Shown here piece after piece: positions 29,702 to 39,758 of a DNA stretch of 64,000 bases. The number at the start of each line of letters is the position of its first letter. Position 1 is the stretch's first letter. The notes under the pieces are model-generated. The model worked only from the letters and a program-made list of their open reading frames with translations. It was not told the DNA's origin and ran no database searches. The stretch covers positions 2,752,001-2,816,000 of the forward strand of contig OZ242383.1 of NCBI GenBank assembly GCA_965209155.1, in the 5' to 3' direction. The position numbers and the translations under genes were made by a program. The DNA comes from a bacterium. GTDB taxonomy: Bacteria; SAR324; NAC60-12.

Positions 29702-30580
29702 TCAATCGCGAAAGGCTGCGAGCAATGCGTCTTTTGAAGGCGCATAGAAAAAACTACCGGTGACAGGCCGGGAATAGCTCAGCAAACGGTCGCGACGACC
29801 GTCTTCCGAAAGTCCGAACATCGATTCGAGTAGCCACCGGAAACGCTCAATGTCGGCACTGAAGGCGAGGAAATACAATCCCGCATTACGCACTCCTCCC
29901 ACTGGGGAACTTCGTCTGTAGATTTTGATGGCATTTCCATCTCGTTTCAGATCCGTACGACTGACGTGACTGTCCCCCGGCATGATATCTGCCGTCAACT
30001 CCACGCTGTCGGATTTGGTGCGCCCGAACACCCGTTCCTGGTCGGCTACCGGTAAGGCGTTGAAGTCGGTGAGATTGTGCACCCAGCGTTGCGCCAGAAC
30101 AAAGCTACCGCCGGCATGCTCACCTTTATTGACCAGCGCCACGGTCATGCGCTCGTTGTCTTTGGGGTTCTCCGTTCCGTCCACGAAGCCAGTGAGATCA
30201 CGGCTGTCTCGGAAACGAAAACCATCGTTTTCAAAAGTGAGATCTGCAACTGGGGCCAGGTTTTCGCGCCATTGCAGAGCGCGGGCAAATAGCTCGTCCC
30301 GTTTTTCTCCGTGTAACCAGACAAACAGCTCCTGCTGCGTAGCAGGTGCCGAAACTCCTTCGAGTCCCTCGATTGCTGAAAATTCACGCAGACCCACTGG
30401 TTCAACGAGACCTGTCAGGCTGCGAGTCAATTTTTGTCCGAAGGCAATGACCTGCACGCCCTCTTCGACAGGATCAGCCGCCAGGGCGAGCCCCGGCAAG
30501 CGTGACAACGTTTTCCGGAGACTGAATTCTAAAAAAATTTGGTGGCTTGTGTTTTCCCGGAAGATACCAGGTTGATGCAT
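29702..30580 (-). CDS. Dyp-type (dye-decolourising) peroxidase
   Basis: RDLTGFVDGTENP (GxxDG), GGSFVLAQRWVH, SHV, IYRRS, TGSFFYAPS. Confidence 0.93.
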   Translation of the reverse strand: MHQPGIFRENTSHQIFLEFSLRKTLSRLPGLALAADPVEEGVQVIAFGQKLTRSLTGLVEPVGLREFSAIEGLEGVSAPATQQELFVWLHGEKRDELFARALQWRENLAPVADLTFENDGFRFRDSRDLTGFVDGTENPKDNERMTVALVNKGEHAGGSFVLAQRWVHNLTDFNALPVADQERVFGRTKSDSVELTADIMPGDSHVSRTDLKRDGNAIKIYRRSSPVGGVRNAGLYFLAFSADIERFRWLLESMFGLSEDGRRDRLLSYSRPVTGSFFYAPSKDALLAAFRD

Positions 30581-30720
30581 AGTTATTTTCAGACAGTTTT
30601 AAAAACATTGGGCCATACCCATGCTTTGCGCAGGAATACCGGTTCGACTGTTTCGCTGACACCGAAGACGCCACGCTACCTTACATGTATTCCGGCCCAA
30701 AACGAGGGAATAATTTATGT

Positions 30721-31251
30721 TTAAAACGGGATATCATCCTCGATATAGGAATCTGCAGGCGGACTACTTTGAGAAGGCTGGCCAGCATTATGAGGATCAC
30801 CCGACTCAGCCACTGCGTTCTTACCGGCCGACCGCTGATTGGAATTTGATGGATCATGCTGCGAAGCCGTCTGTGATTGTGGCTCGTTGGCATAGTATCC
30901 CGCTCCGGAATCGGTAGGTCCGCTATCTAAAAATTGCAGAGTTCTCGCGACGATCTCGGTGCGGAAGCGTTTTTGTCCGGTTTGCGCGTCGTCCCAACTC
31001 TGAGTCTGCAATCTCCCTTCCACATAAACCTGACTTCCTTGTTTCAAGTAGTTTTGCGCCGAATCCGCCAGTTTATTCCAGACCACGATGTAGTGCCATT
31101 CGGTCTTTTCCTGACGTTGGCCCTGCGCGTCGGTCCAGTATTCATTCGTTGCCAGTGAAAAATTGGCTACCGCACTTCCTGATTGAGTGTAGCGTATTTC
31201 AGGATTCCTCCCTAATCGTCCGATTAACATCACTTTGTTTAGATTTCCCAT
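30721..31251 (-). CDS. ssb: Single-stranded DNA-binding protein
   Basis: LNKVMLIGRLGRNPEIRYT, TEWH, YVEGRLQT, C-terminal DDIPF; start reassigned to 31251. Confidence 0.97.
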   Translation of the reverse strand: MGNLNKVMLIGRLGRNPEIRYTQSGSAVANFSLATNEYWTDAQGQRQEKTEWHYIVVWNKLADSAQNYLKQGSQVYVEGRLQTQSWDDAQTGQKRFRTEIVARTLQFLDSGPTDSGAGYYANEPQSQTASQHDPSNSNQRSAGKNAVAESGDPHNAGQPSQSSPPADSYIEDDIPF

Positions 31252-31624
31252 AAAATCCCCTCTTGGTTGAAAAACCTGGTTGCAATTAGTTGAATATCCT
31301 ACTTGGAAGCGTTCCACGCGCATATTATAAAAAATGGAACCAGGTTGCAAGGCATACCCTGAGATAATCTGATTTATACCAGCTTCGTCCGTGATAAACA
31401 ATGGGAAAGTCTCAAAAGGGGAGACTTGAGCTTTCATAAAATGAATTGCGCTCTTTAAAAACATATCCAAATCTTGCTTCATGCCAGGTTACGATTTTAT
31501 GCGCCACCTCTTGACATGGCTTGGATTTTCTCCTATACATGAACATAAAATTAGTCAGGGCATATCGAACGCAGCACCTTGGGTTGCGTCGACGGTGAAG
31601 AGAAAGATTCAACAGGAGTATGTA

Positions 31625-32617
31625 ATGACGGATACCATTATAGACAACCATGGGTTTCGTGATGGATGGAAACCCGAGATCATCAAAAAGACTGGAACCT
31701 TGTATGATTGGCCACCTCACTTTATGGTCATACTCGGGTGGTTGAAAGGATACCTGTTCTCTCCCCAATCACTGATACACGCCGGCCTGGCTCTCGTCAT
31801 CTGGTTTTTCCTCACGCCCGATATGGCGCAAATGCAGGTTTTTTCATGGGATTGGATCCTGTTGCTTTACTTGCGCAACGTTGCGTTGCTCACCCTGGTT
31901 GTCGGTATCGTCCACTATCGGCTTTATATCCGGAAGGTTCAGGGATCCGAGTACCAGTATGACCTCAATGGACTGAAGACCAATCATCCCAGCTTCCTCT
32001 TCGGCAGTCAGGTGAAAGAAAATATGTTTTGGGGCCTGGTCAGCGGGTGTGGCATCTGGACAGCCTACGAGGCGGTGACTTACTGGATGTTTGCAAACGG
32101 CTATGTCCTCTTCCCCGTCTCCTGGTTGGAATCCCCGCTCTACATTGTTATTTTGTTCCTGCTTATTCCCCATATCCGCGCCCATCACTTCTACTTTGCC
32201 CATCGCCTCACGCATTGGAAACCGCTATACGATTCTGCGCACTATTTGCATCATAAAAACGTCAATACAGGTCCGTGGTCGGGTTTTTCGATGCATCCGG
32301 TCGAGCACTTGATTTACTTATCCGCAGTCATCCTCTTCTGGATCATTCCTTCTCACCCGATCCTTGTTTGCTACATCATGATGCATGGGGCGATTGCCCC
32401 TACGTGGAATCACAGCGGGTATGAAAAGATCAAGGTCAATCGTTCCGTGATCAAAACCGAGTTTTTTCACTACCTGCACCATCGTTACTTCGAATGCAAC
32501 TATGGGAACCCTTCGGTCCCCTGGGATCGCCTGTTTGGAACTTTCCATGACGGGTCCGGTGAAGCTCACCAAGAGATGATCGATCGCCTCAGGAGGACGG
32601 CCACAACCCGAAAATAA
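31625..32617 (+). CDS. Sterol desaturase / fatty-acid hydroxylase family membrane enzyme
   Basis: His boxes HFYFAHRLTH, HYLHH, NH, HYLHH; WDRLFGT; RBS CAGGAG before 31625. Confidence 0.9.
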   Translation: MTDTIIDNHGFRDGWKPEIIKKTGTLYDWPPHFMVILGWLKGYLFSPQSLIHAGLALVIWFFLTPDMAQMQVFSWDWILLLYLRNVALLTLVVGIVHYRLYIRKVQGSEYQYDLNGLKTNHPSFLFGSQVKENMFWGLVSGCGIWTAYEAVTYWMFANGYVLFPVSWLESPLYIVILFLLIPHIRAHHFYFAHRLTHWKPLYDSAHYLHHKNVNTGPWSGFSMHPVEHLIYLSAVILFWIIPSHPILVCYIMMHGAIAPTWNHSGYEKIKVNRSVIKTEFFHYLHHRYFECNYGNPSVPWDRLFGTFHDGSGEAHQEMIDRLRRTATTRK

Positions 32618-32690
32618 AACAGGGGATCGATGGTGCTTTTTGAGGGAAAATTTCGCAAGGTATCGGCAAGACGCTACAGACAGAATTTTT

Positions 32691-33689
32691 ATGCAATTCA
32701 TTGGACTGGGAATTGATACCACTTTTGATGACACCTCCATTGCCATTCTGCAGGGAAAGTCGCAGGTTTTGGCAAATCTCACGCTATCTCAATACAAAGA
32801 TCATGAAGAATTTGGAGGAGTTGTTCCTGAACGCGCTTCTCGAAAACACATGGAAGCGATCAATCCCCTGATTGAATTTGCTTTAAAGCAAGCGCGCATC
32901 GAGTTTCGAGATTTGAATTACATTGCCGTTTCCAATTTACCCGGATTGTTGGGTTCTCTCCTGGTGGGAGTGAGCGTGGCAAAAACACTGTCTTACGCGC
33001 TCGATATTCCCCTGATCGGAGTCAATCATGTTGAAGCCCATCCTTATGCGAATTTTTTATGTTATGAGAAGATAACCTTCCCCATCATCCATTTGGTAGC
33101 GGCCGGAGGGCATACTCTTCTCTTCCACGCCCGTGATCATTTCGACTATGATATTATCGGTCGCAGTTTGGATGATGCCGCAGGCGAGTGCGTAGACAAA
33201 GTAGCGAAGCTGTTTGGGCACCCGATGCCAGGGGGACCGATTGTGGACCAATGCGCCCTTCAGTCACCCCCTGATCGGTACGATTTCCCGCGTCCCGTAT
33301 TAAACCAGGCTCACTACGATTTTTCTTTCAGCGGACTGAAAACCGCCATGTTGCTTTTCCGTGAAGCTCATCCAGAAGCCCTGAGAGATGAAGGCGGTGT
33401 GCTATCCAGTTTTTTTCAAAGCATTGTGGACGTATTGTTGTTCAAGACTTTCAAAGCCACGCAGGATTTGCAAGTTCCTCGGGTTTCCGTATCGGGAGGA
33501 CTGGCGGCCAGCAGGAAACTGAGACTTTGTTTTGAATCACAATGTCGTGAAAAAGGGATCGAACTGTTTTATCCCCCTCCCCGCTTGTGTACCGATAATG
33601 CTGCAATGATCACTTGCCTCGCATCCTACAAATTCGAAGCGGGTTTGATTGACGACTTGGGTCTCGGAGTCTTTGCCAATTTGAGTTGA
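32691..33689 (+). CDS. tsaD: tRNA N6-threonylcarbamoyltransferase TsaD
   Basis: GGVVPERASRKH, PGLLGSL.VG, NHVEAH, DDAAGE..DKVA, FSFSGLKTA, CTDNAAMI. Confidence 0.9.
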   Translation: MQFIGLGIDTTFDDTSIAILQGKSQVLANLTLSQYKDHEEFGGVVPERASRKHMEAINPLIEFALKQARIEFRDLNYIAVSNLPGLLGSLLVGVSVAKTLSYALDIPLIGVNHVEAHPYANFLCYEKITFPIIHLVAAGGHTLLFHARDHFDYDIIGRSLDDAAGECVDKVAKLFGHPMPGGPIVDQCALQSPPDRYDFPRPVLNQAHYDFSFSGLKTAMLLFREAHPEALRDEGGVLSSFFQSIVDVLLFKTFKATQDLQVPRVSVSGGLAASRKLRLCFESQCREKGIELFYPPPRLCTDNAAMITCLASYKFEAGLIDDLGLGVFANLS

Positions 33690-33717
33690 GGGTGTAACCC
33701 CGAAAACCATTTCTCCT

Positions 33718-34650
33718 TCAATGAATCACCACCTGTGCCGCTTCTCTCAATTTTGATAAATACGTTTGAAAATCTGCCTCTCGTTTTTGCAGGAAGATCT
33801 GGTTTTGATATTGAATATTTTCAGTCTCGGTTAGATTCGCGCAGTCGATTTCTTCGTTATATTCGACATCCTGGAGGAAGAGAAGATGGTAACCAATCTC
33901 TGTCTTGACGAGTTTGCTGAGTTCCCTGGGTTTCAGAGAAAAGGCAACGTTGTCGATTTCCGGTAGCAATTCTCCTTTTTTAAAGGAACCAATGATTCCC
34001 GCCGTTTCCCGTACGTTGGGGTCGTCCGAATAAGTTTCAGCCAAGGTCGCAAAATCCTCACCATCGCTCAATGCTTTTTTAATCAATGCTTCTTTACTGC
34101 GCGCTTCTTCTTCCGTACCTCGGAATAAGATTTGGGCGATTACCAATTGTTTACTCTCTTCTCTGTTTTGCATACACAGCATTTCTTTTTCCTGGTCCGT
34201 CACATGGATATTCACTTCGATTTCCTGGATAATCACTTTTTGCTTGAGAATTTCCCTGGCAATCAATTCTTTCAAGACTTGTGGAGCGTAATTCTTGATA
34301 ATTTGTGGATTTTCCCGGGTCAGACGGTTGATTTGTTGTTCGATTTCATCGTCACTCACTTCAATATTCAGAACTTTGGCCTGATCCAAGATCAATAATT
34401 CATAGATTAAATTGTCGATGGTCGTTTTTTCCAATTGGGACAGTTGCTGTTCACGGTCCGGACCTTCAGGAATATTTTGTATAATTTGGGATCGGTTGGC
34501 CGCAAGAGCTTCCTGGACTTCATTATTTGTCAGGATTTCATCGTTCACAATGATTTTAATAAAATCGAGAACGAGGGTTTCTGTCCATGCCTGATTAATA
34601 CCGAACAAAATGAGAGGAATGCAGAGTAGAATAGTCAGTTTTTTTTTCAT
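33718..34650 (-). CDS. SurA/PrsA-like parvulin peptidyl-prolyl isomerase chaperone
   Basis: Signal peptide, IVNDEILT SurA N-domain, FATLAETYSDD, AFSLKP.E.S..VKTEIGYHL. Confidence 0.85.
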   Translation of the reverse strand: MKKKLTILLCIPLILFGINQAWTETLVLDFIKIIVNDEILTNNEVQEALAANRSQIIQNIPEGPDREQQLSQLEKTTIDNLIYELLILDQAKVLNIEVSDDEIEQQINRLTRENPQIIKNYAPQVLKELIAREILKQKVIIQEIEVNIHVTDQEKEMLCMQNREESKQLVIAQILFRGTEEEARSKEALIKKALSDGEDFATLAETYSDDPNVRETAGIIGSFKKGELLPEIDNVAFSLKPRELSKLVKTEIGYHLLFLQDVEYNEEIDCANLTETENIQYQNQIFLQKREADFQTYLSKLREAAQVVIH

Positions 34651-34656
34651 GGATTG

Positions 34657-35481
34657 CTATTTCGTGTAGTCGTATTCGAGGGTTGTGAAAGGAGTCTCGG
34701 ACATTTGCCTGGCTTTCAGGTGTAATAGTTCCCACGGCAGTTGTTCCGGACGATTGAATGACTGAACAAGCACGCGTTTGAATAAGCGATCGTCCAGAAA
34801 ATAATCGGTTTGCGCGGGATATTCCAGTTTTTCGTAAGTTGTCATTTTTTCAAAAGCAATACGGATCAAGTGTTCTTTTTCACCATTTTGAATCGGGTAA
34901 TGGAGCGCTTTCAAGAAAAATCGTTGTTTGTCTACCAGCGCAAAGTGATTGCTCTGCAACTCCCCGATGCGATAGTGGATATTTAAATCCGGATCTCTAT
35001 AGAGAGAAATCTGACTGCCTTCTATATAGACTTCTTGCAAGGCTTTTTGCCATGCTTCCGCATGTTTTACAACGAAGCGGAGATAATGGGGAAGAATATC
35101 CATTTTTAAAAAATCGCGATTGGATTGAACATTGACATCGACGATGGCTCCATTGGAATCATAAAAAAAATGCAATAAATCACCCCCATGATCCCGTGTT
35201 TCCACGACTACCATGCCTTCCTCCCAGTATATGGTCTGCTCATACCCCAATTCTGTCAAAGCTGGGGGTTGTGGAGAAAGTGTGTCTGACTGGACAAAAG
35301 GATCAAACACTTGCGCAGTCGTGGTGAAAATGACCCGGTCCCACATTCGGGTGTTTTGTTCAATGTAATACCAGAGATCATTCCAATCGAGTTGATATGC
35401 CTTTCCGGGCATTTGCCAGGATACGACAACCAACAAGCACAAGAAAATTTTCAATTTCGGATGAACTTTTTTTTGCATTCT
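34657..35481 (-). CDS. Hypothetical exported protein
   Basis: Long ORF with signal-like hydrophobic stretch, co-oriented with the SurA-like gene; start uncertain. Confidence 0.6.
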   Translation of the reverse strand, partial: RMQKKVHPKLKIFLCLLVVVSWQMPGKAYQLDWNDLWYYIEQNTRMWDRVIFTTTAQVFDPFVQSDTLSPQPPALTELGYEQTIYWEEGMVVVETRDHGGDLLHFFYDSNGAIVDVNVQSNRDFLKMDILPHYLRFVVKHAEAWQKALQEVYIEGSQISLYRDPDLNIHYRIGELQSNHFALVDKQRFFLKALHYPIQNGEKEHLIRIAFEKMTTYEKLEYPAQTDYFLDDRLFKRVLVQSFNRPEQLPWELLHLKARQMSETPFTTLEYDYTK

Positions 35482-35929
35482 CATCTTGGCATTCACGAAG
35501 AATTCGGAAATGGAGCAATTTACCATCACTACCATTTTCTTGTGAAGGCACATACTTTAATAAAAATACTGCAATTGAAGTTGGATGCGAACCTCGAGGA
35601 GGCACTCATTTCGTCCCTGATTACTCTGAGAATGCTCTCACTGAACTTGCCATTTTATAAAAAAATATCACAGATTCATCAAAATTACATACAACAATGC
35701 GATCACATCCATTTAAATATTCAGGCAGGGCAAGCACTTTCGTCTTTTCAGCGGATTTAAAATGATGAACCCTTTCTCCTTTACAAAAATTTATAAAGTC
35801 AATGAAGGGATGAATGGACGAAAATATTTCGACATTTTCATCTATACATACGATATTGGTCATCTCACTTCTCTGTAAATCTATTTTCAAAAGTGAGCAG
35901 TCTTATTCTCATAAAAAACTGGAGACGTG

Positions 35930-37093
35930 ATGGGAGAAACGCTATTTACTTCAGAAAGTGTGACTGAGGGACATCCTGATAAATTATGCGATACGATTTC
36001 GGATACGATTCTCGACGCCATGTTGGCACAGGATCCCGGCAGCCGTGTTGCCTGTGAAACGCTGGTGACAACGGGCACGGTGATGATTGCCGGCGAGATC
36101 ACCACAAAGGCTCATGTAGATTTACAACAGGTTGTACGTTCGGCGATTCGAGAAATTGGCTACACCGATTCAAAGATAGGATTTGACAGCGCAACTTGCG
36201 CAGTATTGGTAGCATTGGACAAACAGTCGCCGGACATCGACCAGGGAGTCAGTGAAAATGAGTCCGCAGGAAAGGAACAAGGTGCCGGAGACCAAGGCTT
36301 GATGTTTGGATTCGCCTGTGATGAAACTCCTGAATTGATGCCGCTGCCCATTGCCCTGGCTCATCGATTGACTGAAGAACTGACGTCTCTCCGAAAAAAT
36401 AAAATCCTTCCCTATCTTCGCCCGGACGGAAAATCGCAGGTAACAGTGCGTTATTTGAATGGAAAGCCAATTGAAGTGTCCACCGTCGTCATCAGCACGC
36501 AACATGCGGAGGATATCGACCAGGAAACCATTCGACGGGATATGATTGGAGAGCTTATCAACAAGGTGATACCTTCCCACTTTTTAACTCCCCGGACGAT
36601 CTATTACATCAATCCCACGGGAAAATTCGTCATAGGTGGTCCTCAGGGAGATGCGGGATTGACCGGACGTAAGATCATCGTTGACACGTATGGCGGGATG
36701 GGACGGCATGGTGGAGGAGCTTTTTCCGGAAAAGATCCATCGAAAGTTGATCGTTCGGCTGCCTATGCCGCCCGCCACGTTGCTAAAAATGTTGTTGCCG
36801 CAGGATTGGCAAGTCGATGTGAAGTTCAATTGGCTTATGCCATAGGTATCACGGACCCGGTTTCGGTGTCCGTGGAAACTTTCGGTACCCATCGCACCTC
36901 GGAGGAAAAAATTTCTCAGCTGATTCGAGACAATTTTAACTTGAAGCCCCGCGAGATCATCGAGAATTTAAAACTACTGAGACCGATTTATAGAAAGACG
37001 GCAGCTTATGGTCATTTTGGTCGGGAATTGCCTGAATTTACCTGGGAACAAACAGATAAAGCGCAGCAGCTGAGAAAACAGGCCGGACTTTGA
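35930..37093 (+). CDS. metK: S-adenosylmethionine synthetase
   Basis: [35 protein letters not shown]. Confidence 0.99.
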   Translation: MGETLFTSESVTEGHPDKLCDTISDTILDAMLAQDPGSRVACETLVTTGTVMIAGEITTKAHVDLQQVVRSAIREIGYTDSKIGFDSATCAVLVALDKQSPDIDQGVSENESAGKEQGAGDQGLMFGFACDETPELMPLPIALAHRLTEELTSLRKNKILPYLRPDGKSQVTVRYLNGKPIEVSTVVISTQHAEDIDQETIRRDMIGELINKVIPSHFLTPRTIYYINPTGKFVIGGPQGDAGLTGRKIIVDTYGGMGRHGGGAFSGKDPSKVDRSAAYAARHVAKNVVAAGLASRCEVQLAYAIGITDPVSVSVETFGTHRTSEEKISQLIRDNFNLKPREIIENLKLLRPIYRKTAAYGHFGRELPEFTWEQTDKAQQLRKQAGL

Positions 37094-37176
37094 TTTCCGT
37101 GTTGGAAAATTATCACGCAGATCGGTCTGAAATTAACAAGCAGCGTTGTTTGTTGTCGAAAAAAATAAACTGCCTG

Positions 37177-37446
37177 ATGGTTACCGAAACCACCACAATC
37201 GTCAATCGTCTGGGTCTGCATGCAAGAGCAGCCGCGCTTCTCGTCAAACTCTGCAACACTTTTAAATCTGAAATCCACATGCAGCATGGCGGTAACTCGG
37301 CCAATACAAAAAATATCATGGAGGTTTTAATGCTGGCGGCAACACGCGGAACAATGCTCAGCGTCTCCGCGGAAGGAGAAGACGAAACACAAGCCATGGC
37401 TGCTGTCCTGGAATTGATTGCGAACAAATTCGATGAAGTAGAATGA
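37177..37446 (+). CDS. ptsH: Phosphocarrier protein HPr
   Basis: IVNRLGLHARAAA (His15 motif), AEGEDE..A. Confidence 0.92.
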   Translation: MVTETTTIVNRLGLHARAAALLVKLCNTFKSEIHMQHGGNSANTKNIMEVLMLAATRGTMLSVSAEGEDETQAMAAVLELIANKFDEVE

Positions 37447-38294
37447 CTTTAACACCCTATATTACAGGGAGAACCAGGGTGTACGGGATACTTGGTTTCC
37501 CCATTTCTCACACATTTTCACCTCCTCTTCAAAACTCGGCATTCCAGGCGACTCGAATTGATGCTGCTTATCTTCCCTTTGAAGTCAAGCCTGAAGCATT
37601 GTCGGCGGCAATCGAGGGAATCCGTGGTTTACAAATGGGTGGGGTGAATGTCACCATTCCCTACAAAGTCGAGGTACTGCCTTTTCTTGATAAAATAACG
37701 CCGATTGCGCGTATGATTGGCGCCGTCAACACCATCCGCAACGATGAAGGGTGCCTGATTGGCACTAACACCGATGGTCGTGGATTTGTTCGCTCCCTTT
37801 CCCGGTTGCCCTTTGCGCCGGAAAATCAAACTATTTTGATTCTGGGAGCAGGGGGATCGGCTCGCTCCATATTGGTGGCATTGGCAGAAGCCAGGGCGAA
37901 TCGTATTTTTCTCGTCAACCGAACACCAGAAAAAGCTCAACAGCTTGCTGAAGAATTTTCTCCATATTTTCCGGGAACGGAAATGCGAGGGGAGTCTTTG
38001 GCGAATCTTGTCCATCTTCCTGTTGATTTGCTGATCAACACCACCAGTGTGGGCATGGAAGACTATGAAACTCCAGTCGACCTGGCCCAATTCCGAACTC
38101 TGAGACGCGTCGCCGATATCATTTATAATCCTCGACAAACCATGTTGCTAAAACAAGCGGAACAGCTTAAAATCCCATTCATCAATGGAATCGGAATGCT
38201 CCTCCACCAAGGATGCGAAGCATTTGAATTCTGGATGAATCAAGAGGCCCCCGTGGCTTCCATGGAAAAACAACTTTTGTCTATGTTGCGTTAA
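37443..38294 (+). CDS. aroE: Shikimate dehydrogenase
   Basis: G.PISHT.SP, NVTIPYK, GAVNT, NTDG, GAGGSA, NRT. Confidence 0.96.
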   Translation: MTLTPYITGRTRVYGILGFPISHTFSPPLQNSAFQATRIDAAYLPFEVKPEALSAAIEGIRGLQMGGVNVTIPYKVEVLPFLDKITPIARMIGAVNTIRNDEGCLIGTNTDGRGFVRSLSRLPFAPENQTILILGAGGSARSILVALAEARANRIFLVNRTPEKAQQLAEEFSPYFPGTEMRGESLANLVHLPVDLLINTTSVGMEDYETPVDLAQFRTLRRVADIIYNPRQTMLLKQAEQLKIPFINGIGMLLHQGCEAFEFWMNQEAPVASMEKQLLSMLR

Positions 38295-38339
38295 GGGGTC
38301 AATCCTGCACCTCGTTTTTTTACGTTCTGAATTAAAAAC

Positions 38340-39758
38340 ATGTCTTCCGTCTTTTTTGAAGTTGAAGTTGCATCAGAAAACACGAATTTAAAAGAATCGG
38401 AATCCGTTCCCTCCGTCTCTATGGTCTGGACCGTGTCGCAACTAACGCGGCATATCCGTCTCAGTTTGGAAAAACAATTCCGGTCCCTGTTGCTCGAAGG
38501 AGAGCTTTCCAATTTCAAACGTTCAGCGCAAGGTCACCTTTATTTCCAGATCAAGGACTCTCGGAGTCAAATCCGCGGGATCATGTTTCGACAGTCAACC
38601 ACTTCGTTGAGATTTGAACCTACGGATGGTCTTGAAGTCGTGGTTCAAGGGCACATCACGGTCTATGAACCAAGAGGAGAATACCAGATTCAGGTCTCTT
38701 CCATGGAACCCAAAGGATTGGGTTCTTTGCAACTTGCTTTTGAACAGTTGAAGGAAAAACTGGAAAGGGAGGGATTGTTTGATTCGAGTCACAAACAAAA
38801 GATCCCTTTTTTTCCAAGGCGAATCGGCATTGTGACCTCTTCAACAGGTGCTGTGATCCATGACATGCTGCAAGTGCTCAAGCGTCGCTGTCCCATAGTG
38901 TCGGTACTTTTCTACCCGGCTGCTGTTCAAGGCGAACAGGCGAAATCTTCATTGGTCGAAGCGATAAACCATTTGAATACGCTTCAGGAATCCCAACAAA
39001 TCGATGTGCTGATCGTCGGTCGCGGGGGTGGGTCCATCGAGGATTTATGGGCCTTCAATGAGGAGGAAGTGGCGCGTGTGATCTTTCATTCGAAAATACC
39101 TGTTATTTCTGCAGTGGGTCATGAAACGGATTTCACAATTGCCGATTTTGTCAGCGATCTTCGGGCTCCCACTCCGTCGGTTGCCATGGAATTGGCTGTT
39201 CCGTCGCTCCAGGATTTGTTAGACGGGTTGTCGGTTCAGCAACAGCGATTGCAACGGGCGATGCAGCAGCAGATTCAACAAAATCTCGATTTCGTCCATG
39301 CCCGAACTCACCAGCTTCGTATCCCCGATTTCATTATTCATCAACACAAACAGCGTCTGGACGAACTTTCCTTGCGACTTCACCATCACATCACCCGCCC
39401 CATTCAAACGCAGGAACAAAACCTCCGGCGATTGCACGAGCAGCTTGTTTTGTTGATTCCTCTCCAGACAGTCCGGTTACAACAATACAATCTGGCGAGA
39501 CTGGAAGAGAGATTGCATTTTCTGCTTGAAAATCAATTTCAGCAAAATCGCGAACGGTTGAATCAACTCATGGCGCTACTTGATTCTTTGAGTCCTCTTA
39601 TGGTCATGAAACGAGGATACGGAGTGCTTTTAAACAACGCCGCGCAATCCATCCATTCTGTTGACTCGATTGAAGTCGGTGAAGCGCTTTCCATCCATTT
39701 ACAAGATGGCATTCTGAACACTATCGTTCAAAATAAAACAAAAAAATCCAGAGAATGA
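38340..39758 (+). CDS. xseA: Exodeoxyribonuclease VII large subunit
   Basis: GELSNFK...GHLYF.IKD, GRGGGSIEDLWAFNEE, GHETDFTIADFVSDLRAPTPS. Confidence 0.97.
   Translation: MSSVFFEVEVASENTNLKESESVPSVSMVWTVSQLTRHIRLSLEKQFRSLLLEGELSNFKRSAQGHLYFQIKDSRSQIRGIMFRQSTTSLRFEPTDGLEVVVQGHITVYEPRGEYQIQVSSMEPKGLGSLQLAFEQLKEKLEREGLFDSSHKQKIPFFPRRIGIVTSSTGAVIHDMLQVLKRRCPIVSVLFYPAAVQGEQAKSSLVEAINHLNTLQESQQIDVLIVGRGGGSIEDLWAFNEEEVARVIFHSKIPVISAVGHETDFTIADFVSDLRAPTPSVAMELAVPSLQDLLDGLSVQQQRLQRAMQQQIQQNLDFVHARTHQLRIPDFIIHQHKQRLDELSLRLHHHITRPIQTQEQNLRRLHEQLVLLIPLQTVRLQQYNLARLEERLHFLLENQFQQNRERLNQLMALLDSLSPLMVMKRGYGVLLNNAAQSIHSVDSIEVGEALSIHLQDGILNTIVQNKTKKSRE

Noticed and set aside
29702..30580. Encapsulin cargo system
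   Set aside because: The Dyp lacks a C-terminal targeting extension (GSLxIGSL-like) and no encapsulin gene is adjacent
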